A stretch of 39,738 bases of DNA from an uncultured Heliomicrobium sp. (GTDB lineage: Bacteria; Acidobacteriota; Blastocatellia; RBC074): the NCBI GenBank assembly GCA_964383955.1, contig CAYLJQ010000001.1:1-39738 (forward strand), given 5' to 3'. Below the pieces are notes generated by a model. The model saw only the letters and a program-made list of their open reading frames with translations, did no database searches and had not been told where the DNA came from. The position numbers and the translations under genes are program-made. Positions 19,330 through 27,562 of this stretch are shown here, piece after piece (position 1 is the first letter of the stretch; each line of letters starts with the position of its first letter).

Positions 19330-20670
19330 ATGCGTCAAACGATATTGATACTTGTTTTGCTGGGCCTGTCAGCGTTGTTTGCCAATGCACAAAGCCTGCG
19401 CGCCGGAGTTTCCCGTGTGGACATCACGCCGCCGCTCGGGGTGGATATGTGGGGCTACTTCGACCGTTCAGGTCCGGCGAATGGCAAGCTCGATCCGCTG
19501 TTTGCTCGCGTGCTGGTGCTGGATGACGGGCGACAATCGGTTGCCGTCATCACGCTCGATCTTGGGCGCAGCTTCGGGCCGCCGCAAATTGCGTGGCTGC
19601 GCGATAAAGCGCGCCGCCAGCATGCCGTCGCTGAAATCATGCTGATTGCTTCGCACACGCACTCAGGCCCTGTCATTGACGATAGCTACGACGATGGCGT
19701 GCCCGAATGGGAACAGCGCGCGCTGGAAAAAATCGCCGATTCGATTGGCGAAGCCGTTTCAAAACTGAAAGCCGCGCGCATCGGCGTTGGATTGGGGCAA
19801 GCGACGCTTGGCCACAATCGCCGAATTATTCAATCGGACGGTTCCGTCAAAATGCTCTGGCGCAACAGCACTGGCCAGCAAACTGGAATGATTGATCCCA
19901 CCGTCGGAGTCATTCGCGTTGACGATGCCAATGGAACCCCGATGGCGATTCTGGTGAATTACGCCTGCCACCCTGTAATTTTCGGGCCAGACAACTTGCG
20001 ATACTCGGCGGATTTCCCCGGCGCGATGGCCAAGCTGGTGGAATCAAGTTTCGACGAAAAACCAATCTGCTTTTTTCTGCAAGGCGCTCCGGGCGACATC
20101 AATCCGATGATGGACAAAACGCCGCTGGCGGAAAACGCAGACGCCATCAAGATCGAAATCGGCCAGCAACTTGGCCGCGAAGTCGTTCGCGTCGCCAAAA
20201 CGATCAAACCCGAAGCATCAGCCACGCCCCAAGTCGCCTTCCTCAGCGAAGAGCTTCGCTTTCGTAATCGCTGGGATTTGGATTCAATGCGGCAAATGAT
20301 GACGCTGGCTTTTCCGCCTGCGCTGGCCAAACGCTATCAACGCTACATCGTGCCCGAAATTGCCGCATCAGTAACGACGCTGGTCATCAACAAGCAAGTC
20401 GCACTGGTCGGTTTGCCGGGCGAACCATTCGTCGGCTTGCAACTGCTGCTGAAATCGCGTTCGCCGCTGGCGACGACCTTTATGACGGGATACACGAACG
20501 GCTATTACGGTTACTTCCCTACGATTAGTGCGGCTGTGGCTGGCGGTTACGGAGCCAACACATTGGTCACCCGCGTTGAAGTTGGCGCAGGCGAACGAAT
20601 GGTGGATCAAGGCTTGATTCACATTTACCGCGTGCTGGGAAAGTTGAAAGACAAACCCGAACAGCCTTGA
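19330..20670 (+). CDS. Secreted neutral/alkaline ceramidase N-terminal-domain-like hydrolase (paralog 2)
   Basis: 446-aa ORF with a signal peptide (MRQTILILVLLGLSALFANA). It has the same motif set as paralog 1 (AGVSRVDITPPLGVDMWGY, ASHTHSGP, NYACHPVI, GAPGDINP) and is collinear with it along the whole length. Confidence 0.9.
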   Translation: MRQTILILVLLGLSALFANAQSLRAGVSRVDITPPLGVDMWGYFDRSGPANGKLDPLFARVLVLDDGRQSVAVITLDLGRSFGPPQIAWLRDKARRQHAVAEIMLIASHTHSGPVIDDSYDDGVPEWEQRALEKIADSIGEAVSKLKAARIGVGLGQATLGHNRRIIQSDGSVKMLWRNSTGQQTGMIDPTVGVIRVDDANGTPMAILVNYACHPVIFGPDNLRYSADFPGAMAKLVESSFDEKPICFFLQGAPGDINPMMDKTPLAENADAIKIEIGQQLGREVVRVAKTIKPEASATPQVAFLSEELRFRNRWDLDSMRQMMTLAFPPALAKRYQRYIVPEIAASVTTLVINKQVALVGLPGEPFVGLQLLLKSRSPLATTFMTGYTNGYYGYFPTISAAVAGGYGANTLVTRVEVGAGERMVDQGLIHIYRVLGKLKDKPEQP

Positions 20671-20718
20671 TCGCCTTTCCCACAAAAGCACACGAAGATT
20701 CACGAAGGAGAAAACACG

Positions 20719-21537
20719 ATGAAAAGATTTGGATGGGTCTTAGTTGCGTTGATGACTTTTACTTTCGCCGCTCAAGCACAGGACCGCGTTGAACAGTGGA
20801 AAGGCAAAACTGTAATGGTCTTCACGCCGCACCCTGACGATGACGTGTTCGGCTGTGGCGGCACGCTTTCGCTGCTAGCCAAAAACGGCAACAAGATCAT
20901 TGTCGTGATTTACACCAACGACAACAAAGGTTCCTTCGACCTGGAAATGACCAGCGAACGGCTGGCTCGCATTCGAAAGGCTGAGCAAGAAGCCGCCATG
21001 GAAGTCATCGGCATTCCAAAAGCCAACATCATCTGGATGGGGTACGAAGACGGCGAGCTGGAATATGCCGAACCGAAAGCGCTGTGCGGACAAGCGACAA
21101 AACTGATTCGCCAATATCGGCCCGACGTTGTGTTCAGCGTTGATCCCGGTGAATGGTACGAACGCTGGCACAAAAGCGATCACCGCATGGGCGGGTTCAA
21201 TACGGCAGATGCCATTCGCGCGGCGGAATTTCACCTGTACTACCCTGACCATTTGCTGGTGGACGGGCTGAAGCCGTACAAAGTGCCGCTGATGATGTTT
21301 TATTACGCCGCCAACGAAGCCAATTATTGGGTGGACATCAGCGACACCGTTGACCAGAAAATCAAAGCCATCACCAAACACGTCAGCCAGTTTGAACCTT
21401 CGATCAACAAGTATCGGCCCGACTGGGATCCGAAAGAGTTGGAAAAGCTGGTCGAATATCTGAAAGGCCGAGGAACCAAAAAAGACGGCAAAGTTGTCGA
21501 AGCATTTCGCCGCGCCACTGACTTCAACTCGCAATAG
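20719..21537 (+). CDS. Secreted PIG-L/LmbE-family deacetylase
   Basis: 272-aa ORF. AAGGAGAA lies upstream of the ATG. The signal peptide is MKRFGWVLVALMTFTFAAQA. The PIG-L signature is VFTPHPDDDVFGCGGT, with a downstream HKSDH histidine motif. Confidence 0.9.
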   Translation: MKRFGWVLVALMTFTFAAQAQDRVEQWKGKTVMVFTPHPDDDVFGCGGTLSLLAKNGNKIIVVIYTNDNKGSFDLEMTSERLARIRKAEQEAAMEVIGIPKANIIWMGYEDGELEYAEPKALCGQATKLIRQYRPDVVFSVDPGEWYERWHKSDHRMGGFNTADAIRAAEFHLYYPDHLLVDGLKPYKVPLMMFYYAANEANYWVDISDTVDQKIKAITKHVSQFEPSINKYRPDWDPKELEKLVEYLKGRGTKKDGKVVEAFRRATDFNSQ

Positions 21538-21546
21538 ATTTGGAGT

Positions 21547-21569
21547 GCGGCGTAGATCGCCGCTTTCTC
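21547..21569 (+). terminator. Intrinsic terminator after the PIG-L gene
   Basis: GCGGCG (21547-21552), loop TAGAT, CGCCGC (21558-21563), then TTTCTC. CGCCGCTTTC can alternatively pair with GAAAGCGGCG at about 21598-21607, which would serve the convergent tonB transcript. Confidence 0.5.
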
Positions 21570-21623
21570 ACGGATCTCCACTAAAGTGACCTGAAAGAAA
21601 GCGGCGCTCTATCTCCTATCCGT

Positions 21624-22385
21624 TTATTGAAGCACGAAGTTGAAACTCAACACGCCCTGCACTTTGACAGGGATTTTGCTGAGCGTCGTCGGAGTAAAGA
21701 CCCACTGCCTGGCGGCATCAACTGCTGATTGGCGCAATAGAGGATGGCCATTGATTGCTTGCGCTTCCAGAACTCTTCCTTCCTCTGAAATTGTCACCAC
21801 GACCTGAACCATTCCTGCAGCTCTGGCGGCTTTGGCGATTTGCGTGTAAACCGGCACCTGTTTTTTCAGGGCGCTCCCTTGTAAAACGCCTTCGGACACT
21901 TTGGTCGTGCCTGTTGGTTTTGCTTCAGGCTTTTTCGCTTCCGGTGTTGGCGTAGGCGGCGGAGGTTGTGGCGGCGGCCCATCATCTTTGATGACCTTGC
22001 AGCCTATACAGCCATCCGAACCGATCCCAGGAGGCAAACCAGGCGTGCCGGTTGTCGTCGGTTGTGGCTTCCATCTAAGGTCAACGTCCTCCACAGGCAA
22101 AATATCAACCAACGTCTTTGGTGGAATAAAAACGTTCAAGGGAGCATCAACGGGGATATTTTGCAGCTTAGCGACCGGCGCTGGCGCGCTAGGTGCTGGC
22201 GGGACAGGCGGAGCAATCAGCGTCGCCAGATTGTATTCTTCGGCTAACGCTGGACTGAAGCCAATGACAGTTCCTATGCCTAGCGCCAGCAGCGCAATTC
22301 CATAAAATGCCGTTGTTACGACAAAGTACCGACCGGCGCGTTTGCCGCTTTTTCGTTTCGATGATTCAACCAATACGTCGAACAT
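21624..22385 (-). CDS. tonB: Energy transducer TonB
   Basis: 253-aa ORF. AAGGAGAA lies upstream of the ATG. It has an N-terminal anchor (YFVVTTAFYGIALLALGIGTVIG), a Pro-rich spacer (PPVPPAPSAPAP...PPPQPPPPTPTP) and a C-terminal TonB domain ending in the typical VKVQGVLSFNF strand. Confidence 0.9.
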   Translation of the reverse strand: MFDVLVESSKRKSGKRAGRYFVVTTAFYGIALLALGIGTVIGFSPALAEEYNLATLIAPPVPPAPSAPAPVAKLQNIPVDAPLNVFIPPKTLVDILPVEDVDLRWKPQPTTTGTPGLPPGIGSDGCIGCKVIKDDGPPPQPPPPTPTPEAKKPEAKPTGTTKVSEGVLQGSALKKQVPVYTQIAKAARAAGMVQVVVTISEEGRVLEAQAINGHPLLRQSAVDAARQWVFTPTTLSKIPVKVQGVLSFNFVLQ

Positions 22386-22461
22386 AGTGTTTCTCCTTGT
22401 TGGCTGCGCGCAACATTCGCAGTATGGGTTAAGACAATCAGCCGATGGATTTCAAAAGTTC

Positions 22462-22869
22462 TCAATTCAGATTCTCGGTCTGCAAACCAATGGGAGTCGT
22501 CCCGGCGGCTTTCATTACGTCCACGACTTTGACGATTTCACCGTAATGCAATCCGCGCGGCGCTTTCAGGAAAACGGCTTTTAGATTTTCCGGGCGGCCA
22601 TCCAGCGCGCGGTGCAGCAAAGCTTCCAGCTCCGGCAGTGTCGCAGCAGGCGTGGAATTCAACTGATAGCCGCCTTCGCGGTTCAGTGTGACCACCAGAC
22701 TCAAGGAAGTGTCTCCTTCGATTGACGGCGTCTTTGTGGGAATCTTGGCTTCAAAGCGAGCAGGTTTCATCGGGCTGATGACCATAAAGATAATCAGCAG
22801 CACCAGCAGCACATCAATCAGCGGAGTCACATTGATAAACGGCGTTGCGGAATTGCTCTTCTCTTGCAT
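22462..22869 (-). CDS. exbD: ExbD/TolR-family biopolymer transport protein
   Basis: The ORF track gives 22462-22992. I prefer the ATG at 22869 (MQEKSNSATPFINVTPLIDVLLVLLIIFMV), preceded by GGGAGA. INVTPLIDVLLVLLIIF is the ExbD/TolR signature helix. Confidence 0.9.
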   Translation of the reverse strand: MQEKSNSATPFINVTPLIDVLLVLLIIFMVISPMKPARFEAKIPTKTPSIEGDTSLSLVVTLNREGGYQLNSTPAATLPELEALLHRALDGRPENLKAVFLKAPRGLHYGEIVKVVDVMKAAGTTPIGLQTENLN

Positions 22870-23041
22870 TGAATCTCCCTGCCGCGACTGAACCGGTCGC
22901 GGAACAAATTTGGAGCACACTTCGGCCTCCCGGCTTGAAGGCCGCAGTGCTGGCGTTTTTTGGGTAGAGGTGTCCCTGCCGATTATTCGCATTGAACAAT
23001 CGGCCTCGGGACGACCTCAAACTTTTGTTGAATTGGCCAAC

Positions 23042-23812
23042 TTAGCCGGAGATGTTGGCTTTGATGTCAATCTTGCTGAGAATCACCACCGCTTGAGGGT
23101 TAGTAACTTGTTTCCGGGGAGTAGGCTGGAAACTCGCCTGTTGCGTAATCGCAGTTGAAAATCTGGTCAGGGTCGCCGGATCGTTCGGCGTGATCATTTC
23201 ATTGATTGAAGCTCGACCGTCCTTGCGCACTTTGAGCGTAACAATCAACTCATCATTTTCCGAAAGACTCGCCCCCAGATTCAGCAATTCGCCTGATGGT
23301 GTAAACACCGGCGGCGGCTGTGGCTGAAAAATCGCCATTCTGAACTGGATGCCTGTGTCCGTTGCTGGTGGCGGTGCAACTTCCTCACCAACCAGAACTT
23401 CTCGCAATGCTTCAGCCAGGGCCAGTGTTCGATATGCGGGCTGCATCACACCCGCCAAAGTAATAACAAACAATGCCGTAGAAACCACGGTTCCAATGCC
23501 TTGCGAAAACAGCCGTGTGCGCCACAGGTCTATCAATTCCGCGCGACTGCGTTTGACCTTTTCGTGCGCACGGGCTTCGACGCGCAAAGCCGCCTGTATT
23601 TGTGAAGTCAGATCAATTTTCGCCTTGTGGCTCATCGGCGGCTTCGGCACTTCCAAAGCTTGCAATCCGGAACGCAGACTGCGCAGCTCGGCAGCTTGGC
23701 GGCGGCAGTCTGCGCATTCACGCAAATGTTTCTGCAACGCCAACTGTTCGCGTTCGTCAGCCTGACCGTCAAGCTGGGCAGAATATAGCAATGGAAAATC
23801 CGGACAAATCAT
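23042..23812 (-). CDS. Anti-sigma factor (zf-HC2 type) with one TM segment and an unknown extracytoplasmic domain
   Basis: The ORF track gives 23042-23935. The ATG at 23812 gives the canonical zf-HC2 N-terminus MICPDFPLLYSAQLDGQADEREQLALQKHLRECADCRRQAAEL. The TM segment is GIGTVVSTALFVITLAGVM. The longer ORF would add 41 residues that are encoded partly by an inverted-repeat arm. Confidence 0.8.
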   Translation of the reverse strand: MICPDFPLLYSAQLDGQADEREQLALQKHLRECADCRRQAAELRSLRSGLQALEVPKPPMSHKAKIDLTSQIQAALRVEARAHEKVKRSRAELIDLWRTRLFSQGIGTVVSTALFVITLAGVMQPAYRTLALAEALREVLVGEEVAPPPATDTGIQFRMAIFQPQPPPVFTPSGELLNLGASLSENDELIVTLKVRKDGRASINEMITPNDPATLTRFSTAITQQASFQPTPRKQVTNPQAVVILSKIDIKANISG

Positions 23813-23838
23813 GGCTCGTAAAATCTCAAAATAGTTTT

Positions 23839-23982
23839 TCAGGCGGCGCTGCTCATCGTGAGCGCGTTGTTTAAAAGAACCAAAAACCGGTTGTTGCTGA
23901 CCCGTCTTCGGTTCGTTCGAGTTTCGCCGACCCATCGGCTATGAGCGTCGAAAAAACGCTCACGATGAGCACCACCGCCTGA
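23839..23982. repeat. Long inverted repeat (about 27 bp arms) in the sigma / anti-sigma spacer
   Basis: The left arm is TCAGGCGGCGCTGCTCATCGTGAGCGCG (23839-23866). The reverse complement of the right arm (ending 23982) is TCAGGCGGTGGTGCTCATCGTGAGCGTT. There are about 3 mismatches, and the arms are separated by about 85 nt. Each arm also contains the self-complementary GCTCA-TCG-TGAGC. Confidence 0.6.
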
Positions 23983-23986
23983 ATTT

Positions 23987-24697
23987 TCACCTGCTCGTAG
24001 GCAAGGTGAATATTGTTTCTCCTGCTTGAACTGCTTCCCGCAACATCTCGCGCCCGCGAGCGATGCGTGATTTCACTGTGCCGACTGACACTTCTGTGAC
24101 GTAGGCAATCTCTTCGTAACTCAGTCCTTCAATGTCTCGCAGTATGACTGCGATGCGAAAATCTTTTTTCAAATCGCCCAAACCCACTTCAATTCGCCGA
24201 CCGCGTTCGCGCGCCAGTGCTTCAAATTCGGGCGAAACGGCGTCGCTTTCCAGGCTGTCGCCCAAAGAGCGGTCATCGTCACTGTTCAACCCCAGCGGCG
24301 CATCCAGCGAAGCTGTGAAATTGCGCTGACGCCGCCGCCACCATCGCTGTGTGCTGTGTGCCTGATTGATGGCAATGCGGCAAATCCAGGTTTTCAAACT
24401 TGCGTCGCCGCGAAAGCGCGCGAAGTGGCGATAAATTTTCAAAAACGTTTCCTGAGTCGCGTCTCGCGCGTCCTCAGCATCACTCAAAATTCTGAAGGAC
24501 AAGGCATAAACCAGCGGTTGAAACTCTTCCACCAACTCGTCGAACGCGGCCATTTCGCCGGCTTTCAGCCGTGCGATCAGCTTGGATTCGTAAGGGCCGA
24601 CCTGAGCAGCGCGTGGAGCTTCCCGCTCCGCCGCCTTCTCAGCGACTCCAAACTCTTCCAGCCCGGCAACCAGGAATGCCTCGTTCTCGACAAGCAT
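23987..24697 (-). CDS. ECF-type RNA polymerase sigma-70 family factor
   Basis: The ORF track gives 23987-24751 with a GTG start and no RBS. The ATG at 24697 has AAGGAG upstream. Region 2 (FDELVEEFQPLVYALSFRILSDAEDARDATQETFLKIYRHFARFRG) and region 4 (LSYEEIAYVTEVSVGTVKSRIARGREML) are clear. Confidence 0.85.
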   Translation of the reverse strand: MLVENEAFLVAGLEEFGVAEKAAEREAPRAAQVGPYESKLIARLKAGEMAAFDELVEEFQPLVYALSFRILSDAEDARDATQETFLKIYRHFARFRGDASLKTWICRIAINQAHSTQRWWRRRQRNFTASLDAPLGLNSDDDRSLGDSLESDAVSPEFEALARERGRRIEVGLGDLKKDFRIAVILRDIEGLSYEEIAYVTEVSVGTVKSRIARGREMLREAVQAGETIFTLPTSR

Positions 24698-24976
24698 CAG
24701 CGCCCTGCTCCTTTTGTGGCCCTGAATTTTACCCGGCGGCAATCCGCTCACCGGAAGTGAATGTAATGGCAGCCCATTACAGCGTTACTGACTCTTCAAA
24801 CGCGTTGGTCGTCTCAATGTCTGGCAGCCTGGCGTTTAACATCAGCGCCGCTGCCTTCAACCTGTGTGATGGCTTTTTAGACTCCCTGACAACACCAAAG
24901 TTCCAGCCGCATCATAATTTTTCCGCGCTCTTAGTGGAAGCTGAACGGTTCGCGGTACACTGGGTTGCGAATTTTT

Positions 24977-25531
24977 ATGGATCGGCTGATTCTCTTCAAT
25001 AAACCCTTTCAGGTGATGTGCCAGTTCACGGGCGATGGCGACCGTGCGACGCTGGCAGATTTCATCAAAGTGCCGGAAGTTTACCCCGCAGGGCGGCTGG
25101 ATTTTGACAGCGAAGGCTTGCTGCTGCTGACCAATGCTGGCTGGTTACAGCACTGGATTGCCGATCCAAAACACAAACTCCCCAAAACTTATCTGGTTCA
25201 CATTGAACGAGTTCCAACCGCCGAAACACTCAAACAATTGGCCAAAGGCGTGAAGCTGAACGATGGAATGACTCGTCCGGCAAAAGTGGAACTGATTGAA
25301 GATCCTGACTTGTGGCCACGCGTGCCGCCGATTCGAGAACGAAAAACTGTGCCGACTTCCTGGCTGCGGCTAACCATTACAGAAGGACGCAACAGGCAAG
25401 TTCGTCGAATGACGGCAGCCGTCGGACATCCGACGTTGAGGCTAATTCGAGAAAAAATTGGCGATTGGGAGCTTGGCGGCTTGCAACCGGGCGAGTGGAA
25501 AGAAGTAAAATGCCCTCCGCGAAAGCCGTAA
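24977..25531 (+). CDS. rluE: 23S rRNA pseudouridine synthase, RluE-like (RsuA family)
   Basis: The ORF track starts at a TTG at 24965; I prefer the ATG at 24977. LILFNKPFQVMCQF...YPAGRLDFDSEGLLLLTN...PPIRERKTVPTSWLRLTITEGRNRQVRRMTAAVGHPTLRLIR is collinear with E. coli RluE as I remember it. Confidence 0.9.
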   Translation: MDRLILFNKPFQVMCQFTGDGDRATLADFIKVPEVYPAGRLDFDSEGLLLLTNAGWLQHWIADPKHKLPKTYLVHIERVPTAETLKQLAKGVKLNDGMTRPAKVELIEDPDLWPRVPPIRERKTVPTSWLRLTITEGRNRQVRRMTAAVGHPTLRLIREKIGDWELGGLQPGEWKEVKCPPRKP

Positions 25532-25589
25532 CCATCGCATCCAACGAAAGAACGTTTTACCCACAAACCGATCCTAACAACATTGCTCT

Positions 25590-26540
25590 ATGATTTCTCC
25601 TACTGACGTCATTCAAGCAGAAACCCGAATTCGCCCCTTCATCGTCAAAACTTCCCTTGATCCGTCGTTTCGATTGAGCGATCTGGCTGGCTGTGACATT
25701 TGGCTGAAGCTGGAACAAACGCAATACACAGGCTCTTTCAAGCTCCGTGGTGCGGCGAACAAAATCCTGTCGCTGAAGCCGGAAGAAGTCGAGCGTGGCA
25801 TCATCACAGCTTCGAACGGCAATCACGGCATCGCGGTTTGTTACGCTGCGCGGCAGGTTGGCATCACGCCGCAGGTTTTCATGCGACACGGAGTTTCAGA
25901 AGCCAAGCTAAGTTTGATCCGATTGTTGGGCGGCGAGCCGGTGTTTTTTGGCGAAGATCCGTTGGAAGCAGAACTGAAAGCGCGTCAAACGGCGAATGAA
26001 ACGGGCAAGATTTTTATCTCGCCTTACAACGACGCGCAGGTCGTAGCCGGACAAGGAACCATTGGCGTGGAACTGCACCGGCAGCTTGAAGAAATTGATT
26101 CGGTCTTTATCACGGTCGGCGGTGGCGGATTGATTTCCGGCATCGCCACGTATCTGAAAGCCGTCAGCCCAAGAACGCGAATTGTCGGTTGCTGGCCGGA
26201 AAACTCACCAGTGATGTTTGAATCCTTGAAAGCCGGGCGGATTTTCGATTGCCCTGAAAAACCTACCATCAGTGACAGCACCGCAGGCGGTCTGGAATCC
26301 GACACGATCACCTTTGAAATGTGCCAGCGATTGATTGACGATCACGTGCTGGTTTCAGAAGAAGAGATCAAACGCGCCATGCGCATGCTGGCCGAGCAGG
26401 AACGCTGGATTGTCGAAGGCGCAGCCGGAGTCGCGTTGGCGGCTTTGCTGAAAGAGCGTCAAAGATTTGCCGGGCAGCGTTGCGTGGTTTTGCTATGCGG
26501 GCGAAATATTTCAGCCGAAAAAATCCGCGAACTCTATTGA
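25590..26540 (+). CDS. PLP-dependent threonine/serine dehydratase family enzyme
   Basis: 316-aa ORF. The PLP-lysine motif is YTGSFKLRGAANK. The glycine loop is TVGGGGLISGIA. The length and layout match short catabolic threonine dehydratases or serine-racemase-like enzymes. Confidence 0.9.
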   Translation: MISPTDVIQAETRIRPFIVKTSLDPSFRLSDLAGCDIWLKLEQTQYTGSFKLRGAANKILSLKPEEVERGIITASNGNHGIAVCYAARQVGITPQVFMRHGVSEAKLSLIRLLGGEPVFFGEDPLEAELKARQTANETGKIFISPYNDAQVVAGQGTIGVELHRQLEEIDSVFITVGGGGLISGIATYLKAVSPRTRIVGCWPENSPVMFESLKAGRIFDCPEKPTISDSTAGGLESDTITFEMCQRLIDDHVLVSEEEIKRAMRMLAEQERWIVEGAAGVALAALLKERQRFAGQRCVVLLCGRNISAEKIRELY

Positions 26541-26545
26541 GCAGT

Positions 26546-27493
26546 TTAACCGTTGGCTGCCCGGCGGATTCGATCCATCAGTGCGAGTCCCAAGCCTTCT
26601 TCGCTGACGGATTGGCAATAAATGGTCTTGATTCCCGCTTCGTCGCATTCGCGGAAAAATTGAAACAACGAATGCGCGTACTCAGCAACATCTTTGCACA
26701 ATTGAACTTTCTGAAACGCTTCCGGGCGCGGAGGCGCGTCAATTCCAATGTAAGCCGCTTCTGCCCATGGCACGATGAATTGCGTAAAGTTGCTGATGAA
26801 AACCTGCGCGCGCGGCGAATAATGACGGTATTTCATGCCGGGGCTTTTCGGCTCTTCAGCGGCTTTGGAATCAGCGACTTCAGTTTCAGGAATCACTTCG
26901 CGCAATTGTTCCAGTGTCACTCCGCCTGCACGTAAAATGACCGGCACAGTTCCGGTGCAATCCACCACAGTAGATTCCAAGCCGACTTTAGTTTGATCGC
27001 CTTTCAAAATGCAGGCGATGCGGCCATCCAAATCTTCGCGGACGGCTTGCCAGGTTGTCGGGCTTGGACGTCCGGACAGATTTGCAGACGGAGCCACCAA
27101 CGGAACTCCGCAAGCCCGCAACAACTGCTGTGCGGTTGGATGGCTGGGCATTCTGACGCCAATCGTGTTCAACCCTGCGGTGGCATTGCCTGGAACCTGT
27201 TCGTGTTTTGGCAACACCAGCGTCAGTGGTCCTGGGAAAAACGCCTTGATCAGTGTTTCGGCAATGGGTGTAACTTCACTGGTAATGGATTTCAGCTCAG
27301 CCAGATCGGAGATATGAGCAATCAACGGATTGTCCGATGGACGGCCTTTGGCTTCGAAGATTTTGCGGATGGCTTCTTCGTTGAAGATATTTGCGCCAAG
27401 CCCATAAACGGTTTCCGTGGGAAATGCGACAACTTCGCCGTGAGCGATGTATTTGGCGGCCAAAGTTGGGGACTGAGTGATTTTGGTTTTCAT
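26546..27493 (-). CDS. tsaC: L-threonylcarbamoyladenylate synthase, long Sua5/YwlC form
   Basis: 315-aa ORF. GEVVAFPTETVYGLGAN...KGRPSDNPLIAHI...APSANLSGRPSPT are YrdC-domain signatures. A C-terminal Sua5 domain of about 100 aa is present. Confidence 0.93.
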   Translation of the reverse strand: MKTKITQSPTLAAKYIAHGEVVAFPTETVYGLGANIFNEEAIRKIFEAKGRPSDNPLIAHISDLAELKSITSEVTPIAETLIKAFFPGPLTLVLPKHEQVPGNATAGLNTIGVRMPSHPTAQQLLRACGVPLVAPSANLSGRPSPTTWQAVREDLDGRIACILKGDQTKVGLESTVVDCTGTVPVILRAGGVTLEQLREVIPETEVADSKAAEEPKSPGMKYRHYSPRAQVFISNFTQFIVPWAEAAYIGIDAPPRPEAFQKVQLCKDVAEYAHSLFQFFRECDEAGIKTIYCQSVSEEGLGLALMDRIRRAANG

Positions 27494-27514
27494 CGGTGAT
27501 CGGTCGCCAGTTTA

Positions 27515-27545
27515 GGTGGCTGGTGAAATCGCGTCACCAGCCACC
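27515..27545 (-). terminator. Perfect 12-bp hairpin (GGTGGCTGGTGA) downstream of the S8 peptidase gene; also repeat-like
   Basis: GGTGGCTGGTGA (27515-27526), loop AATCGCG, TCACCAGCCACC (27534-27545). More CAGCCACC-type units lie between the hairpin and the stop codon at 27563. No U-run follows on the minus strand. Confidence 0.55.
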
Positions 27546-27562
27546 AAATCAGCCACCAGCCA

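Noticed and set aside
20875-21534. 219-aa minus-strand ORF antisense to the PIG-L gene
   Set aside because: It lies wholly inside the PIG-L CDS, which has a strong RBS and a signature motif. The antisense frame shows no motifs.
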